Below are positions 29,822 to 32,000 of a DNA stretch of 32,000 nt, piece after piece. Position 1 is the stretch's first letter. The number at the start of each line of letters is the position of its first letter. This DNA is from an uncultured bacterium (lineage in GTDB: Bacteria; GCA-001730085): positions 30,001-62,000 of the forward strand of contig CAZMGY010000019.1 in the NCBI GenBank assembly GCA_964565945.1, in the 5' to 3' direction. The notes beneath the pieces are model-generated. The model saw only the letters and a list, made by a program, of their open reading frames with translations. It was not told the origin of the DNA and did no database searches. The position numbers were made by a program, and so were the translations under genes.

Positions 29822-31084
29822 ATGCGACGAGTTGTTATTACAGGTTTCGGTGTTATTTCTCCTTTGGGAAATGAGAAGGGTCAGTTCTTCAAAAACTTAT
29901 GCGAAGGTCGTTCTGGGATAGATCAGCTTAAAACCTTTGATACGAGCGGATTTTCTTCAACTGTGGCAGGCAGCGTCAAGGACTTTGATCCTGTGCAATA
30001 TATTTCTAAAAAAAAGATACGTCGCATGGATGAATTTACTCAATATGCCATGGCGGCAAGTGTGATGGCCTATGATGATGCCAACTTGGAAGGCGCTTCG
30101 ATTGATTTAAATCGTGCTGGCGTTATGGTTGGCTCGGGCATTGGCGGTTTGAAGACTGTTGAGGATCAGGTTATTAAGTATTACGAAATAGAAAAAGAAC
30201 ACCCTGGTAAAGGGCCTTCTAAAATTTCACCTTTTTTGATCCCGATGCTGATTACCAACATAGCTGGTGGAGAAATAGCCATTAGGTTTGGCTTTAAGGG
30301 GCCAAACTTTTGTGTGGTGACGGCTTGCGCCACAGCCACTCATTCGATAGGTGAGGCTTATCGAATGATTCAGCGCGATGATGCCGATCTTTTTCTTACT
30401 GGGGGAACAGAAGCTGCGATAACGGAACTTGGCTTTGGGGGTTTTTGTGCCTTACGAGCCGTTTCGACCGCCTATAATGACGATCCCACGCGTGCTTCAC
30501 GCCCTTTTGATGCCAATCGTGATGGTTTTGTGATGGCTGAGGGTGCAGCTGTTCTTGTTTTGGAGGAATTAGAGCACGCGGTTAAGAGAGGGGCTTCTCT
30601 TTATGCCGAAGTGATTGGTTATGGTCTTTCGGATGATGCGAATCATATCACGGCTCCAGCTCCTGAAGGGGATGGAGCTGCGCGATCAATTCAAATGTCT
30701 TTACGTGATGCTAAAATTGATTGCACCGAGGTGGATTATATTAATGCTCACGGGACATCGACTCAGCTGAACGATAAGTTTGAAACCCAAGCGATCAAGT
30801 CTGTTTATGGTGAGCATGCCTATAAGTTGGCAATTAGTTCTCTTAAATCGATGACGGGGCATATGTTAGGAGCTTCTGGAGGTGTAGAAGCTGCTGCGAC
30901 GGCGATGATGCTTAAAGAGGGTATTATTACACCCACCATCAATTACGAAACTCCCGATCCTGAATGCGATTTGGACTATATTCCTAATCAATCCCGAAAG
31001 CAAGACATCAGAATTGCGACTTCGCACTCTTTTGGTTTTGGTGGTCATAATGCATGTTTAGTTTTCAAACGGATTGAGGACTAA
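29822..31084 (+). CDS. fabF: 3-oxoacyl-ACP synthase II
   Basis: ATG 29822 (MRRVVITGFGVISPLGN). Active-site ACATATH, NAHGTST, and HMLGASGG motifs. Confidence 0.95.
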   Translation: MRRVVITGFGVISPLGNEKGQFFKNLCEGRSGIDQLKTFDTSGFSSTVAGSVKDFDPVQYISKKKIRRMDEFTQYAMAASVMAYDDANLEGASIDLNRAGVMVGSGIGGLKTVEDQVIKYYEIEKEHPGKGPSKISPFLIPMLITNIAGGEIAIRFGFKGPNFCVVTACATATHSIGEAYRMIQRDDADLFLTGGTEAAITELGFGGFCALRAVSTAYNDDPTRASRPFDANRDGFVMAEGAAVLVLEELEHAVKRGASLYAEVIGYGLSDDANHITAPAPEGDGAARSIQMSLRDAKIDCTEVDYINAHGTSTQLNDKFETQAIKSVYGEHAYKLAISSLKSMTGHMLGASGGVEAAATAMMLKEGIITPTINYETPDPECDLDYIPNQSRKQDIRIATSHSFGFGGHNACLVFKRIED

Positions 31085-31085
31085 T

Positions 31086-32000
31086 GTGGATCCTCGTCTG
31101 GATGCACTGAAATCTAAAGTTCAAGACTTACCTCTTCAGCCAGGTGTTTATATTTTTAAAAATGCAGAAGGCGCACCCATTTATGTAGGCAAGGCCTCTG
31201 TGTTGAGAAGTCGCGTGATGTTCTATTTCCGTGGCCTTCAGAAACATCAAGCTAAAACACGCACACTGATGAGTCACGTCTATGATCTTGAAGTAATTCC
31301 TCTAGCGAGTGAACAAGAAGCTCTAGTGAAAGAAAATGAGCTCATTAAAAAATGGCAGCCTCATTACAATATTATGTTGCGTGATGATAAGACCTATCCT
31401 TGGGTTAAAGTCACGGTGATTGATACTTTTCCACGCATTTATTTTACACGTAGTGTTCGTATGGACGGATCTGTGTATTACGGACCTTATCCCAAAGTTG
31501 CTGATGCGAAAAAAATCATTCAGTATGTGATTGAATCTTATAAAATTCGTGATTGCAAACAGGATATTCAGGAAGGTATTTCTGCCCCAGCTTGTTTGAG
31601 TTTACAAATTGGAAAGTGCGATGGGCCTTGCATCGATGAGATTAGTGTTAAAGATTATCGGACTTTGGTTCTAAAAGCGTGTGCGTTTTTAGATGGTCAG
31701 AAGCGTGATATTATTCGTACGCTCAAGCGAGAGATGGATGAGGCGTCCAAGTTGATGAAGTTTGAGCTTGCTGCAGAAAAGAGAGATATGATAGCAGTTG
31801 CACACTCGATTAAAAAAGGTGTGACTTTAAAAAAACAGGTCAATGGCACGGTTGTCCTTCAACAGTTGCAAAAGTCTTTAAAACTGAAAATAATTCCCAG
31901 GTATATAGAGTGTTTTGATATTTCGAACGTGTCAGGGATGTATTCGGTTGCCTCGATGGTGGTGTTTAAAAGCGGTGAACCTTTTAAAAAAGATTATCGA
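31086..32000 (+). CDS. uvrC: excinuclease ABC subunit C (5' part, runs off window end)
   Basis: GTG 31086 lies 1 nt after the fabF stop. It translates VDPRLDALKSKVQDLPLQPGVYIFKNAEGAPIYVGKASVLRSRV... (GIY-YIG domain) with ...IKKWQPHYNIMLRDDKTYPW. The frame is open to the window end, which is why it is absent from the ORF track. Confidence 0.9.
   Translation, partial: MDPRLDALKSKVQDLPLQPGVYIFKNAEGAPIYVGKASVLRSRVMFYFRGLQKHQAKTRTLMSHVYDLEVIPLASEQEALVKENELIKKWQPHYNIMLRDDKTYPWVKVTVIDTFPRIYFTRSVRMDGSVYYGPYPKVADAKKIIQYVIESYKIRDCKQDIQEGISAPACLSLQIGKCDGPCIDEISVKDYRTLVLKACAFLDGQKRDIIRTLKREMDEASKLMKFELAAEKRDMIAVAHSIKKGVTLKKQVNGTVVLQQLQKSLKLKIIPRYIECFDISNVSGMYSVASMVVFKSGEPFKKDYR

Noticed and set aside
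1-32000. Searched for mobile elements, an integrase/tRNA-flanked island, CRISPR repeats, toxin-antitoxin pairs or defence-type gene sets.
   Set aside because: No transposase, integrase or nuclease/ATPase defence-like ORFs were found, and no spaced direct repeats. Composition appears uniform by eye, and all genes are co-oriented core metabolism. The only repeat family is the short palindromic element reported above.

Overview
This is a moderately AT-rich bacterial chromosomal segment. All ~38 recognisable genes lie on the + strand and are tightly packed, with many stop/start overlaps (ATGA, TAATG, TGATG) that indicate long operons.

Gene blocks in order:
1. An unidentified gene tail, then DUF2797, a [2Fe-2S] ferredoxin and Bcp. 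These run into a pterin/folate operon (folE, FolM/PTR1-like SDR, BFD-like mini Fe-S protein, folB, folK) that ends in a GAF-GAF-ANTAR RNA-binding regulator.
2. secG with a long acidic tail, a translationally coupled MFS transporter and MGDG-synthase-type glycosyltransferase, and two lipoprotein genes (one tiny, one OmpA-like).
3. A ~10.5 kb sulfur-assimilation super-operon: Cys-less Rrf2 regulator, DUF2061, cysK, ThiS-like carrier, metY, ThiF/MoeB-like E1, JAMM protease, sulfite reductase with a C-terminal TusA-like domain, Fe-S type cysH, cysD, and cysN fused to a degenerate APS-kinase-like domain.
4. mnmA, a three-domain HemC(truncated)-CobA-HemD fusion, an HspQ/YccV-domain protein, ahcY and an SDR.
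5. rpmF-plsX-fabH-fabG-acpP-fabF (no fabD) and the 5' part of uvrC.

I found no rRNA, tRNA, CRISPR array, transposase, integrase or phage gene.

Most of the window is housekeeping. The parts I consider worth a second look are:
- The ubiquitin-like protein-thiocarboxylate sulfur-carrier module. It has precedents in Wolinella HcyS/HcyD/HcyF/MetY/Sir and Mycobacterium CysO/Mec/MoeZ/CysM, but here it has unusual wiring: the carrier sits between cysK and metY, it has a masked GG terminus, the E1 has no rhodanese domain, and the sulfite reductase is fused to a TusA-like domain.
- The pseudo-kinase tail on CysN.
- The HemC-CobA-HemD fusion.
- A family of GC-rich 29-30 nt palindromic elements with compensatory stem changes. 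They occupy the spacers of the sulfur operon, and one copy is inserted in frame into a coding sequence.

All family assignments come from motif recognition by eye. No database search was run.
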